From assembly GCA_034667685.1 (NCBI GenBank), contig JAXDQU010000106.1:11610-75609 (forward strand): a stretch of DNA of 64,000 bases. Reading direction: 5' to 3'. Below are positions 1 through 8,123 of the stretch, piece by piece. Source of the DNA: Thermoplasmata archaeon. GTDB taxonomy: Archaea > Thermoplasmatota > SW-10-69-26 > JACQPN01 > JAJPHT01. The notes under the pieces were generated by a model that was not told the DNA's origin, searched no databases, and worked only from the letters and a program-made list of their open reading frames with translations. The position numbers were made by a program, and so were the translations under genes. Position 1 is the first letter of the stretch; each line of letters begins with the position of its first letter.

Positions 1-3
1 CGG

Positions 4-414
4 ATGGCCCCGGCCGCTCGCGGAGGACGCATGCGCGGGGCGGTGCGCGCGGCGGGCATCCTCTCCCTCGCGGCGGGGCTGGTCCACGCCGACCTGGGCC
101 CGGCGCACTTCCGCGTCTGGTGGGGGTACGGCCTCTTCTTCGCCGTCGCGGCGCTCGCGCAGATCGTGCTGGGCCTCGCGCTCCTGATGGACGCGCTGCC
201 GCGCATGCGCCCCGTCTACGTCGCCGGCATCGTGGGCAACCTCGCGCTCATCGGGCTCTACGTCCTCACGCGCACCGCGGGCATCCCGCTCCTCGGTCCG
301 GCGGCGGGCGGCGTCGAGCGCGTGGCGCCGCTCGACGTCGTCACGGAGGCCATGCAGGCGATCACGATCGCGCTGCTCGCGCGCGGCCTCGTCACATCGA
401 GCGCAGGCGCTTGA
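4..414 (+). CDS. hypothetical integral membrane protein
   Basis: 136-aa ATG ORF with several hydrophobic helices (GILSLAAGLV, GLFFAVAALAQIVLGLALL, VAGIVGNLALIGLYVL). No family recognised. True N-terminus may lie upstream of the window. Confidence 0.35.
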   Translation: MAPAARGGRMRGAVRAAGILSLAAGLVHADLGPAHFRVWWGYGLFFAVAALAQIVLGLALLMDALPRMRPVYVAGIVGNLALIGLYVLTRTAGIPLLGPAAGGVERVAPLDVVTEAMQAITIALLARGLVTSSAGA

Positions 415-1297
415 TGCGCTCGTCCAGCGGCGGGTGGGTGCTCCACGGGCTGGAGCTGGAGAGGTGGTTCCACGGGTTGGCGATGTAGAGCGCCGCGGCC
501 GTGCGCGAGCCCTTCGGGTCGTCGGGCAGGTCGGCCTTGATCTTCTCCAGCGCGTCGGCGAGGCCCTGCGGGTTGCGCGTGAGCTTCGCCCCGGTCGCGT
601 CGGCGAGGTACTCGCGCCTCCGTGATAGCATGAGGTAGACGAGGCGCGAGAGGATGGGCGCCAGGATCAGCGCCGCGATCGCGACGACGATCAGGACCGG
701 GCTCCCCTTGCGGTCGCGCCCGCGTCCTCCGCCGAACCACAGGAGGCGCGTGCCGATCTCGGCGAGCATGGCGATGGCGCCCACCACGCCCACCGTGACG
801 GTGGCGAGGCGCACGTCGTAGTTGGCGACGTGGCTCATCTCGTGGCCGATGACGCCTTCGAGCTCCTCCTGCGAGAGCTGCTCGATCGCGCCCCGCGTGA
901 CGCAGATGACGCTCTTCTGGGGTGCCAGGCCCGTGGCGAAGGCGTTGATGTCGCGCGAGTCCTGGATGTACACCTGCGGCACGGGGAGGCCCGCGGCGAT
1001 CGCCATCTCCTCGACCTTGTACTGGAGGAGCTTCTCCTCGCGCACGTTGGGGTTCGCCGGGCGCGCCTCGGCCGCGAGCAGCACGGTGCTCGTGGCGTTG
1101 GCGTAGGCGATGCCCACGTAGGCGAGCGCGACCACGAGCGCGATCGCGCCCGTGACGACGGGCTCTGCGCCCAGGACCGCGCCCACGGCGAAGACGACGC
1201 CGAAGAGGATCAGCAGCATCAGCGCCTCGACGAGCACGGTCTGGCGCTTGTTGCGCGCGATCTGCTCGGCGAAGCTGACCTTGGCGGGCTCGCTCAT
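392..1297 (-). CDS. htpX: HtpX-like M48 zinc metalloprotease
   Basis: HEMSHV zinc motif (GHEMSHVANYDV), N-terminal TM helices, EYLADATGAKLT region. Start taken at MSEPAKV, whose ATG overlaps the lemA stop (ATGA). Confidence 0.85.
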   Translation of the reverse strand: MSEPAKVSFAEQIARNKRQTVLVEALMLLILFGVVFAVGAVLGAEPVVTGAIALVVALAYVGIAYANATSTVLLAAEARPANPNVREEKLLQYKVEEMAIAAGLPVPQVYIQDSRDINAFATGLAPQKSVICVTRGAIEQLSQEELEGVIGHEMSHVANYDVRLATVTVGVVGAIAMLAEIGTRLLWFGGGRGRDRKGSPVLIVVAIAALILAPILSRLVYLMLSRRREYLADATGAKLTRNPQGLADALEKIKADLPDDPKGSRTAAALYIANPWNHLSSSSPWSTHPPLDERIKRLRSM

Positions 1298-1863
1298 GAG
1301 AACTTGACCTTGGGCGCCTCGCGGTCCGCGGGCGGGATCTCGAGCATGGGGCGCTTCGTCTTGCCCAGCGAGCCCGCGAAGAGCGTGCCGGGGAAGGTGG
1401 TGACGGCGTTGTTGTAGCGGAGCACCTCGTCGTTGTAGAACTGGCGCGCGAAGCCCACCTTGTTCTCGGTGTGCGTCAGCTCGTCCTGGAGCTGGAGGAA
1501 GTTCTGGTTCGCCTTGAGGTCGGGGTACGCCTCGGCCACCGCGAAGAGCTTGCCCAGCGCGGAGGTCAGCATGTTGTTGGCGGCGTTCGCGTCCTCGGGC
1601 GTCCTGGCGTTGACGAGCGCGCTGCGCGCCGCGGTCACGCCTTCCAACGTGGTCTTCTCGTGGGCCGCGTACCCCTTCACCGTCTCGACGAGGTTGGGGA
1701 TCAGGTCCGCGCGCCGCTTGAGCTGCACGTCGATCTGCGACCACGCGTTGTCCACGCTGTTGTCGGCGCGGATGATGCGGTTGCGGGCGCTCACGATGTA
1801 GAGAAGGAAGATCACGATCGCCGCGATCAGCACGATGGCGACGATGAATCCGGTTCCGGCCAT
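1294..1863 (-). CDS. lemA: LemA family protein
   Basis: N-terminal TM helix (FIVAIVLIAAIVIFLLYIV) followed by the LemA-type region NAWSQIDVQLKRRADLIPNLVETVKGYAAHEKTTLEGV. Classic lemA-htpX pair with a 4-nt overlap. Start at second Met (MAGTG). Confidence 0.8.
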   Translation of the reverse strand: MAGTGFIVAIVLIAAIVIFLLYIVSARNRIIRADNSVDNAWSQIDVQLKRRADLIPNLVETVKGYAAHEKTTLEGVTAARSALVNARTPEDANAANNMLTSALGKLFAVAEAYPDLKANQNFLQLQDELTHTENKVGFARQFYNDEVLRYNNAVTTFPGTLFAGSLGKTKRPMLEIPPADREAPKVKFS

Positions 1864-1921
1864 GGTATGCCTAGAGGCCCTCATCGCGCGCTTTCGGCGT
1901 TAGGCTTTGCATGGAAGCTTC

Positions 1922-2809
1922 CTAGCGGCGGCGCAGGGCGATCGCGACGATCACGGCGCCGATCACCAGAAGCCCGAAGCCGAAGCCGGGCGCCTTGGCG
2001 GGCGTCGACGAGGCCGGCGTGGTGGCGCCGCCGCTCGTGCCGGAGGCGGGGGTCGAGCCGGAGGGCGTCGTGCCCGCGGGCGTGGAGCCCGACGCGCCGC
2101 CGCTGGCGCCGTTGCACTTGTAGCCCTGCAGCTCCAGCGTCACGGTGGAGCCGCCCTGGGGGTTGGGCGACTCGGCCTTCACGAAGCCGCAGGCGTCGGG
2201 CGCGTACCACGAGTTGAGCGTCACGTTGTTGGTGGTCGCCTCGATCACGAGCGCGTCGAAGGTGCCCGCCGCGACGGTGATCTTCTCCTCGCGCGCGACC
2301 GTGTAGACGCCGTGCGTGGTCTTCGTCTGCTGCTGGCCGCTGGGCGAGGTGGTCGTGATGGTGCAGTCGACCGTCCACGTCTTGCCCACCGACATCGGGT
2401 ACTGGAACGTCGCGCAGGGCGGGTTGTACTCCGTGGTCGTGGTCTGGCCGCGGCTCGTGGAGACGGACTTCAGCGACGCGAAGTCGTCGACGCGCGTCCA
2501 CGCGGTCGTGTCGCTCGTCGCGGACTGGCTGATCGGCTGGCCCCCGGCGCTGCCGGTGAAGTTGCTCACGGTGTGGCTCGCGGCCTTCACCGCGTCGTAG
2601 GCGTGCCCGCCCACGGTCACGGACTCGGTGCCGGCGTAGGTCGTCGTCGTGTCGATGGTGCCCGAGCCGGTGCCGGGGATCTCGACCGTCCCGTGCAGCA
2701 CCTGGTAGTCGCCGGACTTCGGCACCGGCGGCGCATCCACCACGAGCGCGGCGGAGGCGAAGGGAAGCGTCAGGACCGCGAGCAGGAGCAGGGGGGCAAG
2801 GGATCGCAT
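1922..2809 (-). CDS. secreted PGF-CTERM-anchored surface protein
   Basis: Signal peptide (MRSLAPLLLLAVLTLPFASA), globular domain, Thr/Ser/Gly-rich linker, and C-terminal PGFGFGLLVIGAVIVAIALRRR (PGF-CTERM archaeosortase sorting signal). Start could instead be the upstream Met at 2833. Confidence 0.6.
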   Translation of the reverse strand: MRSLAPLLLLAVLTLPFASAALVVDAPPVPKSGDYQVLHGTVEIPGTGSGTIDTTTTYAGTESVTVGGHAYDAVKAASHTVSNFTGSAGGQPISQSATSDTTAWTRVDDFASLKSVSTSRGQTTTTEYNPPCATFQYPMSVGKTWTVDCTITTTSPSGQQQTKTTHGVYTVAREEKITVAAGTFDALVIEATTNNVTLNSWYAPDACGFVKAESPNPQGGSTVTLELQGYKCNGASGGASGSTPAGTTPSGSTPASGTSGGATTPASSTPAKAPGFGFGLLVIGAVIVAIALRRR

Positions 2810-2846
2810 CGGAGCGCGCCAGGCCCTCGGCACGCAAAGCCCTTCG

Positions 2847-3767
2847 CTAGAGCGTTTCCAGCGCGCTCGCCGGGTCGAGCTTGCGCGCCGCCACGGCGTC
2901 CAGGGCCGCCTGATAGCGCGGGCTCGACTGGACCGCGCGTTCGGCCCGCTCCCGCGCCGCCACGATTATCTCGGCCGCGGCCTGAGCACGGCGCTTCGCA
3001 TCCAGCCCACCATGCGTGGAGAGCCAGGCGCGGTGGCGCGCGACCTCCTCGGCGAGCGCCTCGATCCCAACGCCCGTGGCGGCGACGGTGCGCAGGACGC
3101 GGGGCGACCAGCCGCTCGCCGCGTGCTCCAGCCACGCCTCCAGCTCCGCGACGGTGCGGTCGGCGCCCTCGCGGTCGCCCTTGTTCACGACGAAGACGTC
3201 GCCGATCTCCATGAGGCCGGCCTTGATGTTCTGGATCTCGTCGCCCAGGCCCGGCACCGCGACGACGAGCACGGTGTCGGCCAGGCGCACGATGTCGATC
3301 TCGGCCTGGCCCACGCCCACCGTCTCCACGAGCACCACGTCCTTGCCGGAGGCGTCGAGGATGCGCGCGGCGTCGGCGGCGGCGCGCGAGAGCCCGCCCA
3401 GGTGCCCGCGCGTCGCCATGCTGCGGATGAAGACCTTCGGGTCGGTGGCGCGCTTCTCCATGCGGACACGGTCGCCCAGGAGCGCGCCGCCCGTGAAGGG
3501 GCTCGACGGATCGACCGCGACGACGCCCACGGTGCGCCCCGCCTTGCGGTGGTGCTCGATGAGCCGGTCCACGAGCGTGCTCTTGCCGCTGCCCGGCGGG
3601 CCCGTGACGCCCACGACCTGGGCGCGACCCGTGCGCGGGTACAGCGCCGCCATGAGCGGACGCGCCTCCGGGTCGCCCGACTCGACGAGGCTGATGGCGC
3701 GGGCGATGGCGCGGCGGTCGCCCTCCAGCACGCGCTTGGCGAGCGCGGCGCCCTCGCGGGGGAGCAT
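2847..3767 (-). CDS. meaB: methylmalonyl-CoA mutase-associated GTPase MeaB/ArgK
   Basis: P-loop GVTGPPGSGKST, DPSSPFTGGALLGDR, VETVGVGQ and NKGD motifs typical of MeaB/ArgK G3E GTPases. Start at MLPREG. Confidence 0.8.
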   Translation of the reverse strand: MLPREGAALAKRVLEGDRRAIARAISLVESGDPEARPLMAALYPRTGRAQVVGVTGPPGSGKSTLVDRLIEHHRKAGRTVGVVAVDPSSPFTGGALLGDRVRMEKRATDPKVFIRSMATRGHLGGLSRAAADAARILDASGKDVVLVETVGVGQAEIDIVRLADTVLVVAVPGLGDEIQNIKAGLMEIGDVFVVNKGDREGADRTVAELEAWLEHAASGWSPRVLRTVAATGVGIEALAEEVARHRAWLSTHGGLDAKRRAQAAAEIIVAARERAERAVQSSPRYQAALDAVAARKLDPASALETL

Positions 3768-3790
3768 CGCGCCGGAGAGCCGGCCAGGCG

Positions 3791-4720
3791 TCAAGAACGT
3801 TTCCGGAGGATCGCGAGGGCCACGACGCCCGCGAGGAGCAGCGCGAGGGGCGCGGCCGGCGACCTGGGCGAGACGGGCGGCGGGCTCGTGGTGACGCCTG
3901 GCGTCGTGCTCGGGCTCGTCGTCGTGGTCGGGGCCGGCGCCGTGCTCGTGCCGGGCGTCGTGCTGGGGATGACCGGCGTGGGCACGTTGGGCGCCTGCGC
4001 GCAGCGGAACGCGACGAGGTCCGAGCGCGCCACGAGCTGGTCGGGCGCGGCGTACGTCTCGCTGCGGACGATCTGGCACGCGGCCGGCGCCCACCAGTCG
4101 CGGCGCAGCGCGCCCCCGGGGAAGCGCCCTTCGAGGACGAAGGCGTGGAAGGCGCCGGCGGGCACGGCGAGGTCCTCCTCGCGCAGCACGGTCCAGTTGG
4201 CCGCGATCGTCGGCGTGGAGCCGTCGCTGCCGCGCAGCGCGCACGAGACGTTCCACGCGTCGCCCACGTGGAGCGGGAAGCGCGTCTCGCGGCAGGGGGC
4301 GTCGAGCGAGTACGTGACCGGGCCCGACGACTCGCGCATGAGGGCGAGGTCCTCGTCGCGGTACCAGGCGCTCTGCGACGCGGTGCCGTTGCGCGCCGTC
4401 GAGACGTTCCAGGCGTTGGCGAGCGTCCCGGCCGCCACGCGCTCCAGCCCGCCCACGGTGAGCGTGGCGTTCCCGCCCCCTTCGACGGCGTAGGACCACG
4501 CGTCTCCCTCGCTCCACGCGGGCTGCGTCATGGAGGCGGCGGCGGTGGGCACGAGCAGCACGAGGGCCAGGAGCAGGGCGCGCACGCGGGTGGGCACGTC
4601 GCGCCCGTGCTTGGCGCTTGCGCGCGGCGGCGGAGCAACGCGAGCAGCGCCACGCCCAGCACGAAGGCCGCGAGCGGCGCGGCGGGGGCGTCCTTCGTCG
4701 TCGACGACCTCGTTGCGCAC
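3791..4720 (-). CDS. secreted surface protein, paralog of 1922..2809
   Basis: Shares blocks with the neighbouring PGF-CTERM protein (PAGAFHAFVLEG vs AAGTFDALVIEA; WWAPAACQIVR vs WYAPDACGFVK). Many N-x-S/T sequons, Thr/Pro-rich linker, C-terminal TM plus RKRS. Start uncertain: signal peptide VRALLLALVLLVP suggests a GTG near 4585. Confidence 0.5.
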   Translation of the reverse strand: MRNEVVDDEGRPRRAARGLRAGRGAARVAPPPRASAKHGRDVPTRVRALLLALVLLVPTAAASMTQPAWSEGDAWSYAVEGGGNATLTVGGLERVAAGTLANAWNVSTARNGTASQSAWYRDEDLALMRESSGPVTYSLDAPCRETRFPLHVGDAWNVSCALRGSDGSTPTIAANWTVLREEDLAVPAGAFHAFVLEGRFPGGALRRDWWAPAACQIVRSETYAAPDQLVARSDLVAFRCAQAPNVPTPVIPSTTPGTSTAPAPTTTTSPSTTPGVTTSPPPVSPRSPAAPLALLLAGVVALAILRKRS

Positions 4721-4743
4721 GCGGCTCGCGGAGCCGTGATAGC

Positions 4744-5151
4744 TCAGGCGTGCCGCGCGGCGGCGACCTTGCGCACGAAGTCCACGATCGTGTCGGTGGG
4801 CGTGCCGGGGCCGAAGATCTCCTTGACGCCGCGCTTCTTGAGCTCGACCGCGTCGTCGGGCGGGATGACGCCCCCGCCCAGGACGACGATGTCCTCGGCG
4901 TCCTTCTCCTTGAGAAGCTCGACCACGCGCGGCATGAGCGTCATGTGCGCGCCCGAGAGCAGCGAGAGCGCGACGATGTCCACGTCCTCCTGCACGGCGG
5001 CCTCGGCCACCTGCTCGGGCGTCTGGCGCAGGCCCGTGTAGATGACCTCCATGCCCGCGTCGCGCAGGGCGCGCGCGAGCACCTTGGCGCCGCGGTCGTG
5101 GCCATCGAGGCCCGGCTTCGCGACGAGCACGCGGATCTTGCGCTCCGACAT
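4744..5151 (-). CDS. methylmalonyl-CoA mutase small subunit (B12-binding domain)
   Basis: Cobalamin-binding motif DGHDRGAKV and Rossmann-like VVLGGGVIP, characteristic of the archaeal split MCM C-terminal subunit. Start at MSERKIRV. Confidence 0.75.
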   Translation of the reverse strand: MSERKIRVLVAKPGLDGHDRGAKVLARALRDAGMEVIYTGLRQTPEQVAEAAVQEDVDIVALSLLSGAHMTLMPRVVELLKEKDAEDIVVLGGGVIPPDDAVELKKRGVKEIFGPGTPTDTIVDFVRKVAAARHA

Positions 5152-5332
5152 CGGCGCGGCGAGCGGGCCCTTGCGCAAATAGGTTTTCGGGGCGCGCCCA
5201 GAACCTGTTTCATGGCCTCCCCCCTGGCTACGAGGTCTTTCTTTTCACCTTCTGCGTGGCCCGGCCAGAGGCATGGGACGCAACAACAGGAGCGAATCCT
5301 GCGCGGCTGCGGCAGAGGTCGTGAAACAGCCT

Positions 5333-5641
5333 CTAGTCGCAGGGCCGCGGGTCGATCACCGGGATGTTGCAGGGCTGAATGGTCTGCCCGTCGGGGCCGC
5401 AGAGCACCTCGTACTCGTACACGCCCCGCACGGGCGGATCGACGACGAGGAAGTAGCAGACCGCGCCGCGCGAGGTGGTGTAGTTCCCCACGCACGCCTC
5501 GGGCTGTTGGTCGTTGGGGTTCGTGAGGGGCGCGCAGGCGGTGATGGCGGAGGCCGGGGGCGCGAGGAGCAGCGGGGCCAGGCAGCAGACGAGGAGGAGG
5601 AGGAGGAGGAGGAGGAGGAGGAGGAGAGTGGGGCGGATCAC
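5333..5641 (-). CDS. small secreted Cys-rich protein with poly-Leu signal peptide
   Basis: GTG start, V-I-R-P-T-(L)12-VCCLAPLLLAPPASA signal peptide, then a ~70-aa mature region with 6 Cys. The poly-Leu is encoded by a (GAG)12 repeat read on the minus strand. Confidence 0.45.
   Translation of the reverse strand: MIRPTLLLLLLLLLLLLVCCLAPLLLAPPASAITACAPLTNPNDQQPEACVGNYTTSRGAVCYFLVVDPPVRGVYEYEVLCGPDGQTIQPCNIPVIDPRPCD
5591..5626. repeat. (GAG)12 trinucleotide microsatellite
   Basis: Twelve perfect GAG units. On the minus strand this is CTC x12, coding the Leu12 core of the signal peptide of the 5333..5641 gene. Confidence 0.9.
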
Positions 5642-5707
5642 ACGCGAGGGCGCTCCTCCGAGGCCGTGAGGATTGTGGGCCAGTTTTTTGCCAGCCCTCC
5701 GCGCCGG

Positions 5708-5723
5708 CCAAATGCTTATAAGC
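5708..5723. promoter_or_regulatory. palindromic TATA box (GCTTATAAGC) in a divergent intergenic region
   Basis: AT-rich TTATAA in a GC-rich context, ~40-45 bp upstream of the larB start and ~70 bp upstream of the divergent small-protein start. Self-complementary, so it could serve both strands. Confidence 0.4.
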
Positions 5724-5761
5724 GGCGGAAGAATCACCGGCTCAGCCCGGAGAGGCTTTTC

Positions 5762-6472
5762 TTGAGGGTGTCCGACTTCGCCAAGCTCGACGTCGCACGG
5801 GAGGCCCGCACGGGCATGCCCGAGGTCGTCCTGGCGGAGGGGAAGCTCGATCACCACCTGGTGGAGATCGTCAAGGCCTTCGCCACGCGCAAGGCGCGCG
5901 TCCTCGTCTCGCGCCTCGCGCCCGATCGCCTCGCCCTCTTCGAAGGCATGCCGCACCTCGCGTACCACGAGTCCGCGCGCCTGCTCGTCGTCGGGAGGGA
6001 GGCGCCGCCCCGGACGGGCGGCCGCGTCCTCATCCTCGCGGCCGGCACGGCGGACGTCCCCGTGGCGGAGGAGGCGCGCCTGGTGGCCCAGGAGCTGGGC
6101 TGCGAGACGCGCGTCGCCTACGACGTGGGCGTCGCGGGCATCCACAGGCTCTTTCCGGAGCTCGACGCGGCCGACTGGGCCGACGTCGTGATCGTCGCGG
6201 CCGGGCGCGAAGGCGCGCTCGGCCCCGTGGTGGCTGGCCTCGTCGATCGGCCGGTCATCGGACTCCCCGTCTCGACGGGGTATGGCATGGGCGGGAAGGG
6301 CGAAGCCGCGCTCCTCTCCATGCTCCAGGCGTGCAGCCCGCTCCTCACCGTGAACATCGACGCCGGTGTGGTGGCGGGCCTGTGCGCCGCACAGATCGCG
6401 AACCGCGTGGCCGGGGCGCGCGAAAGCCCCGGCGAATCCGAGCCCCTGGAGAGCGGGGCAAGGAGGGCGTGA
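5762..6472 (+). CDS. larB: LarB / PurE-like nickel-pincer cofactor biosynthesis carboxylase
   Basis: PurE-like core (ILAAGTADVPVAEEA...VAYDVGVAGIHRL...VVIVAAGREGALGPVVAGL...GLPVSTGYGMGG), with the LarB-type N-terminal extension (DFAKLDVAREARTGMPEVV). Start TTG 5762 or GTG 5768. Confidence 0.65.
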   Translation: MRVSDFAKLDVAREARTGMPEVVLAEGKLDHHLVEIVKAFATRKARVLVSRLAPDRLALFEGMPHLAYHESARLLVVGREAPPRTGGRVLILAAGTADVPVAEEARLVAQELGCETRVAYDVGVAGIHRLFPELDAADWADVVIVAAGREGALGPVVAGLVDRPVIGLPVSTGYGMGGKGEAALLSMLQACSPLLTVNIDAGVVAGLCAAQIANRVAGARESPGESEPLESGARRA

Positions 6473-6473
6473 C

Positions 6474-7376
6474 ATGACCGAGCAGACGAACACCCAGATG
6501 GAAGACGGCGCGAACACTGCAAACCAGGGCGACCTGCGCAACGCGGAGAAGGACTTCCGCAGGCTCATCGAGCGGCGCAACGAGCTCAACGACCTCGCTC
6601 GCGAGGCGCGCGACGAGCGCGACGCGCTCAACGAGCAGAAGAAGGCCCTGGTCACCGAGATGCGCCGCCTCCAGACCGAGCGCGACGGCCGCAACGCGGC
6701 CGCGCGCGAGGAGAAGGAAAAGCGCAACGAGTTCCAGCGCCAGGCCAAGAGCCTCATCGAGAACAAGCGCAAGATGCGCAAGGACGGCTCGGGCGGCAAC
6801 GCCGGCACCATCCGCACCCTCGAGAACGAGATCAAGGCGATGGAGCGCACGCAGGAGACGACGGTCATGACCGTCGCCAAGGAAAACGAGCTGCTCGACA
6901 AGATCAAGCTCAAGCGCCGCGAGATGGAGGCCGCCAAGCTCGTCTACGCCGAGGAGGCGAAGCTCCTCTCGGACGTCAAGGACATCGACGCGAAGATCGA
7001 CGAGCTCTTCCGCATGGCGGACGAGGCCCACAAGCGCGTCGTCGAGCTCTCCAACGAAGGCCAGGCCCTCCACGACCAGATCGGCCCCGTGCTCGAGCAG
7101 CTGAAGTTCCTCGACGCCAAGAGCGACGAGAAGCACCAGGACTACATCGCCAAGCGCAAGGAGGCCGACGAGTTCCACGCGAAGGCCATGCTGCTGCGCG
7201 GCGAGGTCGAGAAGCTCCGCGACGCGCGCGCGAAGGCCTACGGCGAGCGCCGCGCCGAGCAGCAGGGCCAGAACAAGGACGCCCGCGAGCAGCTCTTCGA
7301 CGAGGCCAAGCTCGAAGACAAGGCCGACGATGCCATGAAAGCGCTCATGGCCGGCGGCAAGATCACGCTGGGCTAA
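6474..7376 (+). CDS. coiled-coil protein (Lys/Glu/Arg-rich), unknown function
   Basis: ATG 7 nt after a GGAGG. The ~300-aa product is strongly heptad-like (ERRNELNDLAREARDERDALNEQKKALVTEMRRLQTE...). The ATG lies 1 nt after the larB stop. Confidence 0.6.
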   Translation: MTEQTNTQMEDGANTANQGDLRNAEKDFRRLIERRNELNDLAREARDERDALNEQKKALVTEMRRLQTERDGRNAAAREEKEKRNEFQRQAKSLIENKRKMRKDGSGGNAGTIRTLENEIKAMERTQETTVMTVAKENELLDKIKLKRREMEAAKLVYAEEAKLLSDVKDIDAKIDELFRMADEAHKRVVELSNEGQALHDQIGPVLEQLKFLDAKSDEKHQDYIAKRKEADEFHAKAMLLRGEVEKLRDARAKAYGERRAEQQGQNKDAREQLFDEAKLEDKADDAMKALMAGGKITLG

Positions 7377-7404
7377 GCCCACAGGCGCCCGCGCGGCGCC
7401 AGCC

Positions 7405-7420
7405 ATTTTTTCCATCCTTT
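7405..7420 (+). terminator. oligo-T tract (ATTTTTTCCATCCTTT)
   Basis: T6 run immediately downstream of the coiled-coil gene stop. Archaeal intrinsic terminators are oligo-T tracts. Confidence 0.45.
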
Positions 7421-7504
7421 CGAACGCGTCAGCGTGCGCTCCCGGCTGCGCGCCGGATAGGCTGAAGCCGTGCGCGGCGCCTCGGGGCGCGAGGCCGTCC
7501 CCCC

Positions 7505-7828
7505 ATGCGCTTCTCCACCCTCTTCCTCGCCCTCGCCCTCCTCCCCGCCCTCGCGTTCCCCGTCGCCAGCGCGAACCTCACGCAGGTCTGCACCGGCGGC
7601 CTGATCGAGTCGGTCCAGGCGTGCGCCTCGACGAACGGCTGCGCGACCGTCTGGCTCGGACCCGCCGGGCACACCGTCTGCGCGGGCTCGCTCGTGGGCG
7701 CGGTCCACGTCTGCACGACGAACCTCGTCGAGTCGGTGGGCGTGTGCGTGGACACGGCGCCCGTCTGCGTCACGCTCTACGCGGGCCCCGCCGCGACGCC
7801 CGTGTGCCTGGGCAAGCTCCTCGCCTGA
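7505..7828 (+). CDS. small secreted Cys-rich protein with internal duplication
   Basis: Signal peptide MRFSTLFLALALLPALAFPVASA, then two ~35-aa repeats (VCTGGLIESVQACAS...TVCAGS / VCTTNLVESVGVCVD...PVCLGK). Confidence 0.5.
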   Translation: MRFSTLFLALALLPALAFPVASANLTQVCTGGLIESVQACASTNGCATVWLGPAGHTVCAGSLVGAVHVCTTNLVESVGVCVDTAPVCVTLYAGPAATPVCLGKLLA

Positions 7829-7851
7829 GGGCGCCGCCCGACTTCTGGGCC

Positions 7852-8053
7852 GCATGCGACGCGGCGACGACGCGACGCGCGCGAAGGCGAAAAACTTCGA
7901 TTCGCTTGAGGAGTGACCCCGGCGAATACCCGAGAACCCGGGCACCCGCCGACCCGACCGTAGATGTCCCGCTCGGGTTTTCGGGTCGTCGGGTTCTCGG
8001 GTCTTCGCTGGGGTCACAAGCCAACATCGCGCGCCTCGCGCTCGCCGCACGCG
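7852..8053. mobile_element. MITE-like element, copy 1 (degenerate right end)
   Basis: Left terminus GCATGCGACGCGGCGACGACGCGACGCGCGCGA is near-identical to copy 2 at 23699. Internal long palindrome (GTGACCCC...CCCGAGAACCCGG // CGGGTTCTCGGG...GGGGTCAC). Confidence 0.4.
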
Positions 8054-8123
8054 CCGCATGCGGAGCCGCGCAGCGCCCGCGCGGCAGCGAACCTTTATCG
8101 GCGGCACGCCTGTCCCCGCCTTC

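Noticed and set aside
1907-3214. 435-aa and 248-aa plus-strand ORFs (1471..2217, 1907..3214) and similar Arg/Gly-rich frames throughout
   Set aside because: They are typical high-GC spurious frames: no hydrophobic or domain features, and they overlap better-supported genes (lemA, PGF-CTERM protein, meaB) on the opposite strand.
5273-6472. Full 399-aa plus-strand ORF including a poly-Glu (E12) tract as the larB gene
   Set aside because: The LarB/PurE-like homology begins only near residue 160. The upstream 5' portion is Arg/Gly low-complexity and overlaps the divergent small secreted gene and the palindromic TATA. A TTG/GTG start at 5762/5768 downstream of the TATA fits better.
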